A stretch of DNA of 64,000 nucleotides from Patescibacteria group bacterium (GTDB lineage: Bacteria > Patescibacteriota > WWE3 > UBA101185 > UBA10185). The stretch covers positions 580,023-644,022 of the forward strand of contig JBMORU010000001.1 of NCBI GenBank assembly GCA_049322215.1. Reading direction: 5' to 3'. Below the pieces are notes generated by a model. That model did no database searches, had not been told where the DNA came from, and worked only from the letters and a program-made list of their open reading frames with translations. Made by a program: the position numbers and the translations under genes. This document shows positions 1 to 8,929 of this stretch, piece after piece (position 1 is the stretch's first letter; the number at the start of each line of letters is the position of its first letter).

Positions 1-1
1 C

Positions 2-556
2 GACTTAGCTGATGGGAGTAACTATAGATTTGGTACAGGTAACCCTAGAGAACACTACTTAGATACAGATCTTATGCAAGAGAGATGTACTTATGAAACG
101 ATTGAAACGAAACTTGGCTTAAGAGAGGTACCAATACTTTACGGCATGGGGGTTATAATTCGCCATGACGATAATCCATGCGTTGCCACGGCATATCACC
201 ATCTGCAGGGTCTAAATCCAGCACTAAAAGTCGGAGATCACATTGAACACCATGATGCTAACGGAGATAGAACAATTCTTGGAGAAATGGGACGCTCTGG
301 TGATGCAAACCTAAACAAATTCATTCACCTACACTTTGATGTGAGATGGGATTGTGCAGAGAACCCAACATTCACACATACGACTAAGTTTGACCCATTT
401 GGATGGTCTGGTAACGGTGCTGATACACTAGGTTTGATGTATAACAACCCAGCTAGCCTTTATTTATGGGGGTGCACAGAGGTTTATAAAGAAGGGGACG
501 CCTATAAATATGATTATAGTTCGTCTCTAAAACCTTGCGTAAACAGAAACAACTAA
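2..556 (+). CDS. Peptidase M23 family (LytM-like) zinc metallopeptidase, C-terminal part; the gene starts upstream of the window
   Basis: The frame is open from the window edge, with no stop before the listed ATG at 74. The HIEHHD (HxxxD) and MGRSG..LHLHFDV motifs match the M23 zinc-binding signature G.TG.STGPHLHFE. Confidence 0.6.
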   Translation, partial: DLADGSNYRFGTGNPREHYLDTDLMQERCTYETIETKLGLREVPILYGMGVIIRHDDNPCVATAYHHLQGLNPALKVGDHIEHHDANGDRTILGEMGRSGDANLNKFIHLHFDVRWDCAENPTFTHTTKFDPFGWSGNGADTLGLMYNNPASLYLWGCTEVYKEGDAYKYDYSSSLKPCVNRNN

Positions 557-609
557 ATATAAAGGGGTTAAGTTTACATAGATATACTTGATCCCTTTTT
601 TTTGCTACC

Positions 610-1410
610 ATGATAGCAATGGAAGTAATACTTCAGAAAAAAACACCTATACTTATTGTACTACTCATATTTTTGGGCGCTATATCGTATGGGGCGGTTG
701 AGCAAAATGCGAAACCCCAGTTTGGAGAACATAGTACTGATATAAAGGAGAACATAGTACGGTTCGAAGGTGTGGATAACTCACCAAAATTCATTACTGA
801 ATACGACTGTACTATAAATACCGACTTATATAATACCTCCTATGATGGTTGTTTGGCATATTTCCAAAAAGGTGTAGATAATGAATTAGCCTTCAGTATA
901 GTTATGCCTATAGAGTGGCTTGGAAGTACAGCTACCTTTGAAAAAGGACAGGGAGGCCGTGTGTCAGAATTTATAGTTGGGAATAAGGATTATTTCATTA
1001 GAGTCGGTCCAGGTTTAGAAGGAGGCAATATCAACGACCTGTGGTCAGAGTATGAGGGAAATCACCCGGTAGATTATGGTAAAGGAATAGACTATGATAG
1101 AGATTCAACTTCATTTGCAATAAAATCTGCAGAAGGATATAGCAATATTATCGAATACTTTCCAGAAAATTACGGTAAAAATATAGACCACTTTGATCAA
1201 ACCAAAGTAATTTCACCAGAAAAAGATTACAGATACTTAAAATTTATAAAATACAAACCTTATGAAAACAATGGAACAACAAATGATTATTGGGAAATAT
1301 ACGATGTGATCTTTAATAAAAATAAAACCTCTTACGAAACAGTGCTAGAAGTAGTAGATACTATTGATACACAAAATCTTGCAGAAACATATAAATTGTT
1401 TAATGAGTAG
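610..1410 (+). CDS. Hypothetical membrane-anchored or secreted protein, Asp/Glu/Tyr/Asn-rich
   Basis: 266-aa ORF with an N-terminal hydrophobic anchor (ILIVLLIFLGAISYGAV). No recognisable catalytic motif. Confidence 0.5.
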   Translation: MIAMEVILQKKTPILIVLLIFLGAISYGAVEQNAKPQFGEHSTDIKENIVRFEGVDNSPKFITEYDCTINTDLYNTSYDGCLAYFQKGVDNELAFSIVMPIEWLGSTATFEKGQGGRVSEFIVGNKDYFIRVGPGLEGGNINDLWSEYEGNHPVDYGKGIDYDRDSTSFAIKSAEGYSNIIEYFPENYGKNIDHFDQTKVISPEKDYRYLKFIKYKPYENNGTTNDYWEIYDVIFNKNKTSYETVLEVVDTIDTQNLAETYKLFNE

Positions 1411-1513
1411 AAGCCAAACTTGAACTACCTCAATATGCATGCTTCGTTAATATAATAGGAAATGAAATTCCTCTACAACAAATACGTTTATATATTTCGG
1501 ATTATCACAGTAT

Positions 1514-1810
1514 ATGTATATAACTAAGGCAAGTAAAAGCTTAATAATTGTACTTCTGTCAGCTATAACACTTGGTGGCATAGCATTAGCATGGAAAAAC
1601 AACCCTTATGGAAACGATGTACCTGCACAGGTAAATGAGACGCCTAAAGAAAATAAAGACGAAACAGTAACCTACAAAGGAATAAAATGCTTCACTGAAG
1701 ATAGCACATTTCCTTATCTTAATAAAAACATAAAAGATGGGCTTTGTGAAAAATACTTTAGTAGATACTCGGACAGGAGCAAAACATTTACTATATTTAC
1801 TCAATGTTAA
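1514..1810 (+). CDS. Hypothetical small membrane-anchored protein
   Basis: 98-aa ORF with an N-terminal TM segment (LIIVLLSAITLGGIALAW). The antisense ORF at 1586..1804 is treated as a shadow. Confidence 0.4.
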   Translation: MYITKASKSLIIVLLSAITLGGIALAWKNNPYGNDVPAQVNETPKENKDETVTYKGIKCFTEDSTFPYLNKNIKDGLCEKYFSRYSDRSKTFTIFTQC

Positions 1811-2295
1811 TTCCAGAAGAAATTATACAAATCCAAAGATACTCTGATTTTCCAAGTAGTTATAGAGGTTTGGAATTATATACACCTAACTTAGCAATCG
1901 CAATTTCTTATGTAGTTGAGTTTAATTCCGGAAATTATCAAGACTTGATAAAGATTAGCGATATCCCATTAACACAGCAACCAAATTTTTTAAGTGAAAA
2001 TTACACATATGCACCAACTACATATTTAGGGAATACTGCTATGAGAATTTACCCTAAACTGGAAAATTCGGAAGTAATTGAAAAAAGTGTATTTGGGGAA
2101 AACTATCCAGATGACCTAATCTACGTTAGATATATAGTAAACTCATTTGAGGAAGCTTTAGTAGTAGCAGATATAGTGTATTCCCCTAGTGGAATTTCAC
2201 CCAAAGAGGTTGAAGGCATTATGTCTACGCTAACATTGCAGGAACTACCTTCTACACCTATACAACCTTCCTCAAAACCCCTAAATAATCTATAA
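1804..2295 (+). CDS. Hypothetical protein
   Basis: 163-aa ORF that overlaps the upstream gene by 7 nt. No motif recognised. Confidence 0.4.
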   Translation: MLIPEEIIQIQRYSDFPSSYRGLELYTPNLAIAISYVVEFNSGNYQDLIKISDIPLTQQPNFLSENYTYAPTTYLGNTAMRIYPKLENSEVIEKSVFGENYPDDLIYVRYIVNSFEEALVVADIVYSPSGISPKEVEGIMSTLTLQELPSTPIQPSSKPLNNL

Positions 2296-2302
2296 TGCCC
2301 CC

Positions 2303-3583
2303 ATGGAACAACCAATTCCTACTAATCAAGATTCTGATCCAGTTTTAAACTCTGCCTTCACAAAAAAAATACGCAAACAAGGTTTGCGCTTAATTGGCCT
2401 GTTTTTCCTTTTAGTTATTTTGGCTTTGGCACTAAATTACGCTTCTACAAGAAATAGCAAAAATACTCAAAATCATGAATCTGCAATTTCTCAAGAAACT
2501 CAAACTGCAGAATCAACAACAAACATAGTTCCCGAGTCAATACCTGAGCAAAACGAAATTTCTGCTGAAGAAAAAGCGAACGCTACAGAACCTTTATATA
2601 TTAGTTATTTAGTTCCTGTTGATGGTAAAAAGTTTATATACTACGTAAGTAACGGTGATTTATGGAAACTATCTTTAGTTGAGCCTTACCGTAAAACTTT
2701 GGTTTTAGATGCTACTAGAGATATTATAGATTTTGATGTTTCCCCTAACGAAAATCTAATTGCATACACGTTTAATACAGATATAGCCCCTGATAATTCA
2801 GACTACTATTTAAATGGTGTATCTATTTACAACCTTGAAACACAACAAGAAAGTGAAGTTTGGCGTGCACAGGATGTAACTAAACACAGAAATATCAGAA
2901 GTATAAAGTTTTCTCCTGACGGTAATCAATTATTTTTTACTGGTAATGCTATTTGGGTTACCCCAGTTTCAGAATCAAATATACAAGAATGGCATTATGT
3001 TGAACCAAATAAGTTTTGTGGTTATTACTATATAGATGATATTAGCCCAAACTTAGAAAATATTTTAATTCGTAATGGCTGCTATGAAGGAAGTGAACAA
3101 TGGGTAATAGACTACAAAACAGGGGAAAAGGTAACTACGGTTTCGAATGGTTATATAGGTGGTGGTATATGGTTAATTGGTTTTATTGATGATTTTAACC
3201 TGCTTGGTTACGATAATCGAACTTATTTAACAGACATCGACCCTGAAACTCAAAAAACGCTAAGATTAAATACGCTAAACGTTGGTACTGAAAAATTAAC
3301 GCCTTTAGAGGCTACCATTAATACGCTATATTTTGATTCTTCAATACTTTATACCTTTAATAACGATTTTTACCTAATAAATAGATGGGAAGATATTTAT
3401 TTAGCTTTTAACCCAAATACAGAAGAAGTGTACACAGTTGACGAAACAACCCCTATTTTAATTGTTGATAACATTGCAGATGCTCTATGGTTGTCTACAC
3501 TGGAGCAAGATACTTACACAAAAATTGATGCAGAATATTACGGTGACATAGATGTTTATACGCCACGGTTTAAGTTATACTAA
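2303..3583 (+). CDS. Hypothetical membrane-anchored protein with a Ser/Thr/Glu-rich linker and a beta-propeller-like (TolB/PD40-like) extracytoplasmic domain
   Basis: 426 aa. It has a TM segment (LIGLFFLLVILALAL), a low-complexity linker rich in Thr/Glu/Ser, and repeated ..Y.VSNGDLW.. / D.SP.E..IAY stretches reminiscent of propeller blades. Confidence 0.45.
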   Translation: MEQPIPTNQDSDPVLNSAFTKKIRKQGLRLIGLFFLLVILALALNYASTRNSKNTQNHESAISQETQTAESTTNIVPESIPEQNEISAEEKANATEPLYISYLVPVDGKKFIYYVSNGDLWKLSLVEPYRKTLVLDATRDIIDFDVSPNENLIAYTFNTDIAPDNSDYYLNGVSIYNLETQQESEVWRAQDVTKHRNIRSIKFSPDGNQLFFTGNAIWVTPVSESNIQEWHYVEPNKFCGYYYIDDISPNLENILIRNGCYEGSEQWVIDYKTGEKVTTVSNGYIGGGIWLIGFIDDFNLLGYDNRTYLTDIDPETQKTLRLNTLNVGTEKLTPLEATINTLYFDSSILYTFNNDFYLINRWEDIYLAFNPNTEEVYTVDETTPILIVDNIADALWLSTLEQDTYTKIDAEYYGDIDVYTPRFKLY

Positions 3584-3656
3584 ACGCAAATTGACTACGA
3601 CTTATATTTGCGCTAGTCTATATGAAGTTCCAAGTTTAAGGATCAATTAGTGTCTT

Positions 3657-5384
3657 ATGGCAAAAAACACCACTAAAAAGAAGTCTAAAACAACAAAGAA
3701 TTTTAAGATAGCCGTAGGGTATCCGCCCATACAAACAGACAAAGGAGTTCCGCTACTTTCTCAAAACAGACAATTTCAGTTTTTTAATGCTAAAACTTAC
3801 ATTTACCCTATGGTTCCAGCTTATGCAGCATCGCGTGCACAGGAGCAGGGTTATGATGTTGTATGGTTAGACGGAATCGCAGAAGAACGGTCTTATGATG
3901 AATGGATTGAGCAGCTAAAACAAGAGAAACCCGATATGCTAATGGTAGAAACAAAGTCTCCAGTTGTTAAGCAGCACTGGAAAATCATAGATGACTTGAA
4001 AGCTAAATTTCCAAATATGATTTTGGTTTGGGTGGGAGATCAAGTAACCTTCAGACCCAAAGAAACTATGGATAATAGTAAAGTCGATTATATTATTACC
4101 GGCGGTGATTACGACTTTATGCTAACAGATTTAGCTGATTCTATTACTAAAGGAAAAGAATTAGTTGGTGGCATTTGGGGGCGTGCCAACGATACGAGAG
4201 TGAAGCTTTCGGATTTTATAAAATATGAGGACTCTGATATTACAAATGAAAAAGAGGCATACTGGGTGAGTGGTCCCTTAAAGCAAACTCATAACTTAGA
4301 TGAACTCCCTTTTGTTGATCGTGACTTAACTAAATGGAAACTATACGCATATGCAAATGGTAACTATAAATATACTCCCGCAACTTACATGTACAGTGGA
4401 AAAGATTGTTGGTGGAACAGGTGTACCTTTTGTGTTTGGGATCATACTATAAATCCAATAGGTACTTACCGCAGATTTTCTCCCGAAAGATTATTCGCAG
4501 AAATAAAACATGTTGTAGATAATTACGGTGTAAGAGAAATATTTGATGATGCAGGAACTTTATTTGTAGGTCCCCCTTTAAAGAAATTTTGCCAATTAAT
4601 GATTGATTCTGGCTATAACAAAAAAGTAGTTTTAGGTTGTAACATGCGTTTAAACGCCTTAACTCAGGAATATTACGATTTAATGGGCGAGGCTAATTTT
4701 AGATTTATTTTATACGGAATGGAATCAGGCAACAAAGAAACTTTGGACCGTTTGGACAAAGGGTTAAAAGTACACCAAATAGAAGAGGGTGTTCGCATGG
4801 CAAAAAAAGCTGGATTAGAACCTCACTTAACAATAATGCTTGGTTATCCTTGGGAAACTAAAGAAATGGCTCAAAACACAATTGCGGTTGCAAAACGCTG
4901 TTTTAAAAAAGGTTATGTAGACACAATGCAGGCTACCATTGTAATTCCTTATCCTGGAACACCTTTATATAAGGAATGTGTAGAAAATGATTGGTTACTT
5001 GTAGATAAAGATGATTACGAGGCTTTTGATATGAGAGCTCCAGTTATGAAAATTCCTTTTAGTCAGGCAGAACTTATGGAACTCACTCAAGAGCTTTATT
5101 CATCATTTTTTACCCCTCAATACATTTTAAGAAAAGTAATGTCTGTGCGAAATTATGATGATGTTAAGTTTTTAGTATATTCTGCCTGGAAAATTGTTGG
5201 CCACTTGTTAGACTTTGACGAAGAGCAAACAAAAGTAAGCATGGCTTCCCCTAAATTTTGGGGTAGAGCAGCAAAAAGCTTAATAACACATCTATTGCCA
5301 AAGAAAAAAGATAAAGAAGTTGAGGAAATGATAAAAGAATCTGCAGAAATTGAAGCCAAACAAAAAGCTAAAATTAAGATTTAG
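3657..5384 (+). CDS. B12-binding-domain radical SAM enzyme (possible sugar C-methyltransferase or modifying enzyme)
   Basis: 575 aa. The N-terminal Rossmann-like cobalamin-binding region (MLMVETKSP...ILVWVGDQ) is followed by the Cys cluster C-WWNR-C-TF-C (CX4CX2C) in the position of the radical SAM motif. The C-terminal tail is Lys-rich. It opens the glycan locus and has its own SD. Confidence 0.6.
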   Translation: MAKNTTKKKSKTTKNFKIAVGYPPIQTDKGVPLLSQNRQFQFFNAKTYIYPMVPAYAASRAQEQGYDVVWLDGIAEERSYDEWIEQLKQEKPDMLMVETKSPVVKQHWKIIDDLKAKFPNMILVWVGDQVTFRPKETMDNSKVDYIITGGDYDFMLTDLADSITKGKELVGGIWGRANDTRVKLSDFIKYEDSDITNEKEAYWVSGPLKQTHNLDELPFVDRDLTKWKLYAYANGNYKYTPATYMYSGKDCWWNRCTFCVWDHTINPIGTYRRFSPERLFAEIKHVVDNYGVREIFDDAGTLFVGPPLKKFCQLMIDSGYNKKVVLGCNMRLNALTQEYYDLMGEANFRFILYGMESGNKETLDRLDKGLKVHQIEEGVRMAKKAGLEPHLTIMLGYPWETKEMAQNTIAVAKRCFKKGYVDTMQATIVIPYPGTPLYKECVENDWLLVDKDDYEAFDMRAPVMKIPFSQAELMELTQELYSSFFTPQYILRKVMSVRNYDDVKFLVYSAWKIVGHLLDFDEEQTKVSMASPKFWGRAAKSLITHLLPKKKDKEVEEMIKESAEIEAKQKAKIKI

Positions 5385-5398
5385 GCTATACTTGTAAG

Positions 5399-6085
5399 GT
5401 GAAAAATATACTAAAGCAAGACCCTACTATTCCTGTGCATGGGCGTGCAAAAAGAAATTTAACCTTTGTTAGCGATTCTTCCATAAAAAATAAAGATATC
5501 CTTGATATAGGTTGTGGTTATGGGTGGTTTGAACTTAATGCACTAAAAAAAGGTTGTAAGCATATTACTGGTATTGAAATTACAAAAACCGACTTAGCTA
5601 CAGCAAAAAAGTGCATTAAAGACTCACGCGCTGCTTTTAAAATAGGCAGTGCTATAGAATTACCTTTTGAGGATAGCTCCTTTGATACGGTTGTGTGTTG
5701 GGAAGTACTTGAGCACATCCCTAAAAACACGGAATCGCAACTTTTTGCAGAGGCATATAGGGTTTTGCGCTCAGGTGGAGCATTTTATTTATCCACCCCT
5801 CTTCACTCAATTAGCACATATTTAGACCCTGCATGGTGGTTAATTGGGCATCGTCATTATAAACCTTCTAAAGTAAAAAATTTTGCGAAAAAAGCAGGGT
5901 TTGCAATTAAAAAAGTTGAAACTGGTGGCGGATTTTGGGAGATAGTGAACATAAACAGCATACTAATTTGCAAATGGATTTTTCGCCGCGAACCCTTTTT
6001 TTGGGATTTTATAAATAAAAAACGTGATCAGGAATACAAAGGCAAAGGTATTATCAGCATTTTTTTAAGAGCTAAAAAACCTTAA
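5399..6085 (+). CDS. Class I SAM-dependent methyltransferase
   Basis: Motif I LDIGCGYGWF, post-II VCWEVLEHIP and LRSGGAFYLSTP. GTG start with a 4-nt convergent overlap. Confidence 0.7.
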   Translation: MKNILKQDPTIPVHGRAKRNLTFVSDSSIKNKDILDIGCGYGWFELNALKKGCKHITGIEITKTDLATAKKCIKDSRAAFKIGSAIELPFEDSSFDTVVCWEVLEHIPKNTESQLFAEAYRVLRSGGAFYLSTPLHSISTYLDPAWWLIGHRHYKPSKVKNFAKKAGFAIKKVETGGGFWEIVNINSILICKWIFRREPFFWDFINKKRDQEYKGKGIISIFLRAKKP

Positions 6086-7005
6086 AAACTTTTTCCGGTT
6101 TTCCATAAACTTAAATCTCTTTTCAGTATTTTTTCCAACTCTTCTATGTCTTCTAAGTAATATTCTCGTAATTTATTCTCTAATTTTTTGTTCATTTTTG
6201 GATATTTTTTATTAGTATGTGCAATTTTTTTGTAAATAGTTTTAATAGGATTTGATGTATTTATTATTCTATTTATTACCGGACTAAATCCGGTTTTGTA
6301 TGCGGTATTTACTACTAAATAAACTAAACGCATTAATACCGGAGATCTTATTTGACGTGTTGGGTTTACTCTTTGATGCAAAAATTTTGGTTTAAAGTTT
6401 TTGTCTACACCTAAAAATTTAAAAGCACCTTTTACTACTTTTTCCGGATTATCTCTTATATCGTCCTGCAATATAACATGAACGTTTTCTTGCCCAAAAA
6501 GGCTGTAGAGTTGTTTAATCAATTTTGCCCACTTTGGTTTGCTAGGGTGATAAAAATCGTCTTTAATTTTTGTTTTTAGTGCTTCTTCAAACGAATTGGG
6601 AATTAAGTGATAAATATTAGAATATTTCATATACCAGTACATAGAATGCAAAAAGCTTACTGGGTCTCTAATAGTTACAATTACTTTAATATTTGGAAAA
6701 GCCTTTTTTAATTTTTTTTGAGCTTTGCTATCAAAAATATAGTGAATACTAAACTCACCTTTTGTCTTACTTTTAGCATGAGAAAACTCTTGCGCATATT
6801 TTTCCCAAGATTTTATTCGCTTATTTTCGTAAACAATATTAGTCCAACCTTTAGAGGGAGATAAAAAAAAGTTAACTTCTTTGTGCTTTGAAAATCCAAT
6901 TTCAGGGTGTTCTTTTAAGCATGCCCAAAGCCATTCGGTGCCACATTTTGGAGTTCCTATTCCTATGAAATCTATTTCAAAATCTTTAGGCTTTTTGTCG
7001 TGCAT
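6082..7005 (-). CDS. Sulfotransferase family protein (PAPS-dependent)
   Basis: The 5'-PSB motif GIGTPKCGTEWL (PKxGTT-like) and the 3'-PB motif TIRDPVSFLHS are both present. It is encoded on the opposite strand inside the plus-strand glycan locus. Confidence 0.7.
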   Translation of the reverse strand: MHDKKPKDFEIDFIGIGTPKCGTEWLWACLKEHPEIGFSKHKEVNFFLSPSKGWTNIVYENKRIKSWEKYAQEFSHAKSKTKGEFSIHYIFDSKAQKKLKKAFPNIKVIVTIRDPVSFLHSMYWYMKYSNIYHLIPNSFEEALKTKIKDDFYHPSKPKWAKLIKQLYSLFGQENVHVILQDDIRDNPEKVVKGAFKFLGVDKNFKPKFLHQRVNPTRQIRSPVLMRLVYLVVNTAYKTGFSPVINRIINTSNPIKTIYKKIAHTNKKYPKMNKKLENKLREYYLEDIEELEKILKRDLSLWKTGKSF

Positions 7006-7053
7006 TCTGTTGATTATACCGCAGTTTTGTTTATTAACTTAAAATGTTAAAAT

Positions 7054-7851
7054 TTGTGCGTGACTGAAGGAATAAGGCAGGAAATAAATACGCATATAAA
7101 CTTGTTAAGAAGTCACTCAATTGAGCCTGATTTTAAATCTATTTACGATTTTCCAGTTTACAATAATATTTTAGTAGAAGACTTACACCTTATAAAAAAG
7201 TTATTTCCACAGGGGAGTAATATTTTAGATTTTGGTTGTGGTCGAGGGACTATTTCATATTTGCTTTCAAATAGTGGCTACAATGTAACAGGTATCGATA
7301 TTGGTTATGAAGATTTAGGCTCAGAATTTACTTCTTATGTTTTTTCTAAAGAAAAACAAAAACCCCTTTGGGATATAACAGCGAAGGCAAGCAAAAAAAA
7401 CATAAACTTTGAGTTTTATGCGGGTTTAGACATGACGCTTGAGGATAACAGCTTTGATGCTGTTGTAGCCTATGCAGTGTTAGAACATGTTGCTGACCTG
7501 TCTTTAACTTTGAACGAACTTCATAGAGTTTTAAAACCAGGAGGTCCTTTGTTTATATCTCGCACGCCAAATAAGCTTTCTCTTTTAGAAAACATGGCAC
7601 AGTTTTTAGGGTTTCCTGCGCACGAAAATACATATAGTTTTAAAGCAATGCAAAGTTATCTAGAAAACTCTGGTTTTAAGGTTATAAGTATTGAACTGGT
7701 GGATTTTTTTCCATCAAATTTACCAACTAAGTTTATAAATAATTTTTATCAAAGTTTTAGTGATGCTCTAATGAAACTAGAATTGTTAGTGAGAAAAACT
7801 CCTATAAATAAGTTTAGTCATCATTTTAGAATAGTTGCTCAAAAGATTTAA
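7054..7851 (+). CDS. Class I SAM-dependent methyltransferase
   Basis: ILDFGCGRGTISY, AYAVLEHVAD and LKPGGPLFISRTP motifs. Confidence 0.7.
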   Translation: MCVTEGIRQEINTHINLLRSHSIEPDFKSIYDFPVYNNILVEDLHLIKKLFPQGSNILDFGCGRGTISYLLSNSGYNVTGIDIGYEDLGSEFTSYVFSKEKQKPLWDITAKASKKNINFEFYAGLDMTLEDNSFDAVVAYAVLEHVADLSLTLNELHRVLKPGGPLFISRTPNKLSLLENMAQFLGFPAHENTYSFKAMQSYLENSGFKVISIELVDFFPSNLPTKFINNFYQSFSDALMKLELLVRKTPINKFSHHFRIVAQKI

Positions 7852-8929
7852 CATGCAGGAATTTAAATACTATCCTAAGGTTTCTTTTATAATGGGTACT
7901 TTGAATGCAGAACGTACTTTACGTGAATGTTTAGCATCTATTCGAATGCAAAACTATCCTCAAGAAAAAATTGAAATTGTTTTGGCCGACGGCGGTTCTA
8001 CTGATAAAACTTTAAAAATTGCAAAAAAGTATGGTGCTGATGTGGTGGAAAACAAATTAGTTACATCTGAATCAGGGAAGGCGGTGGCTTTAAAGGCTTC
8101 TACCGGAGAATTAATATGCTCTATAGATTCAGATAATATTCTTCCAACAAAAAGTTGGTTAAAAAAAATGGTTAAGCCCTTGGTTAAAAACCCTTCTTAT
8201 ATTGGCTCAGAAGCTATTCGTTTTACTTACAGAAAAGAAGACGGTTATATTGATAGATACTGTGCGCTTATAGGCATGAATGACCCTTTATGTATGTGGT
8301 TAGGAACCTATGATCGTATAAATACACTAACCGGGAAATGGACGGGGCTTCCTGTTAAATACAAAAAGAAAAATGGTTACATTGAAGTTTTGTTAGAACA
8401 CGGAAACATTCCAACAATTGGTGCTAACGGTTTTATGCTTAGAAAATCTATTTTTGAAGAAAACTCTGCTTTAGTGGGGGAATATTTGTTTGATGTAGAT
8501 TTACTAGAAATGATAACTGCAAATAAAGGACCCCAAAAATTTGCAAAAGTTTACGTTGGAGTTATACATTTGTATTGTGGATCAAGTTTAAAAAGGTTTT
8601 CTAAAAAACAACTGCGTCGTGTCAAAGATTATTTATACCGAAGAAATGTATCTGATGTGTTTATTACCAATACTTACAATGATAGAAGCTATACTTATGG
8701 GCAAGGTTCTGCATTAGCTTTATTTAAAAATATATTAAGGTTTGCTATTGAAACAGTTTTAGTATTCCCGCTTTTAATACAATCAATACGGGGCTACCTA
8801 AAAGTAAAAGATAAAGCCTGGTTTGCCCACATTATTTTGTGTTGGTTAACTCTACTAATGTATATGTATGGTACTGTCCAAAGTTTTTTTTCACGTAAAG
8901 AATTATCTAGGGAAAACTGGAAACAATGA
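7835..8929 (+). CDS. Family 2 glycosyltransferase (GT-A fold) with a C-terminal membrane segment
   Basis: N-terminal VSFIMGTLNAERTLRECLASI...IEIVLADGGSTDKT is typical of GT2 and includes a DxD-like SIDSD. Hydrophobic C-terminus. Confidence 0.75.
   Translation: MLKRFNMQEFKYYPKVSFIMGTLNAERTLRECLASIRMQNYPQEKIEIVLADGGSTDKTLKIAKKYGADVVENKLVTSESGKAVALKASTGELICSIDSDNILPTKSWLKKMVKPLVKNPSYIGSEAIRFTYRKEDGYIDRYCALIGMNDPLCMWLGTYDRINTLTGKWTGLPVKYKKKNGYIEVLLEHGNIPTIGANGFMLRKSIFEENSALVGEYLFDVDLLEMITANKGPQKFAKVYVGVIHLYCGSSLKRFSKKQLRRVKDYLYRRNVSDVFITNTYNDRSYTYGQGSALALFKNILRFAIETVLVFPLLIQSIRGYLKVKDKAWFAHIILCWLTLLMYMYGTVQSFFSRKELSRENWKQ

Noticed and set aside
1586-1804. Antisense ORFs listed in the track, for example 1586..1804, 2121..2315, 5153..5359, 5518..5730, 8907..9191, 12400..12591, 13103..13285, 13481..13768, 16143..16379, 33117..33548, 33681..33944, 36703..37261, 45808..46176 and 51129..51893
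   Set aside because: Each lies entirely inside a longer, motif-supported gene on the opposite strand and lacks a ribosome-binding site. They are shadow ORFs typical of AT-rich DNA.
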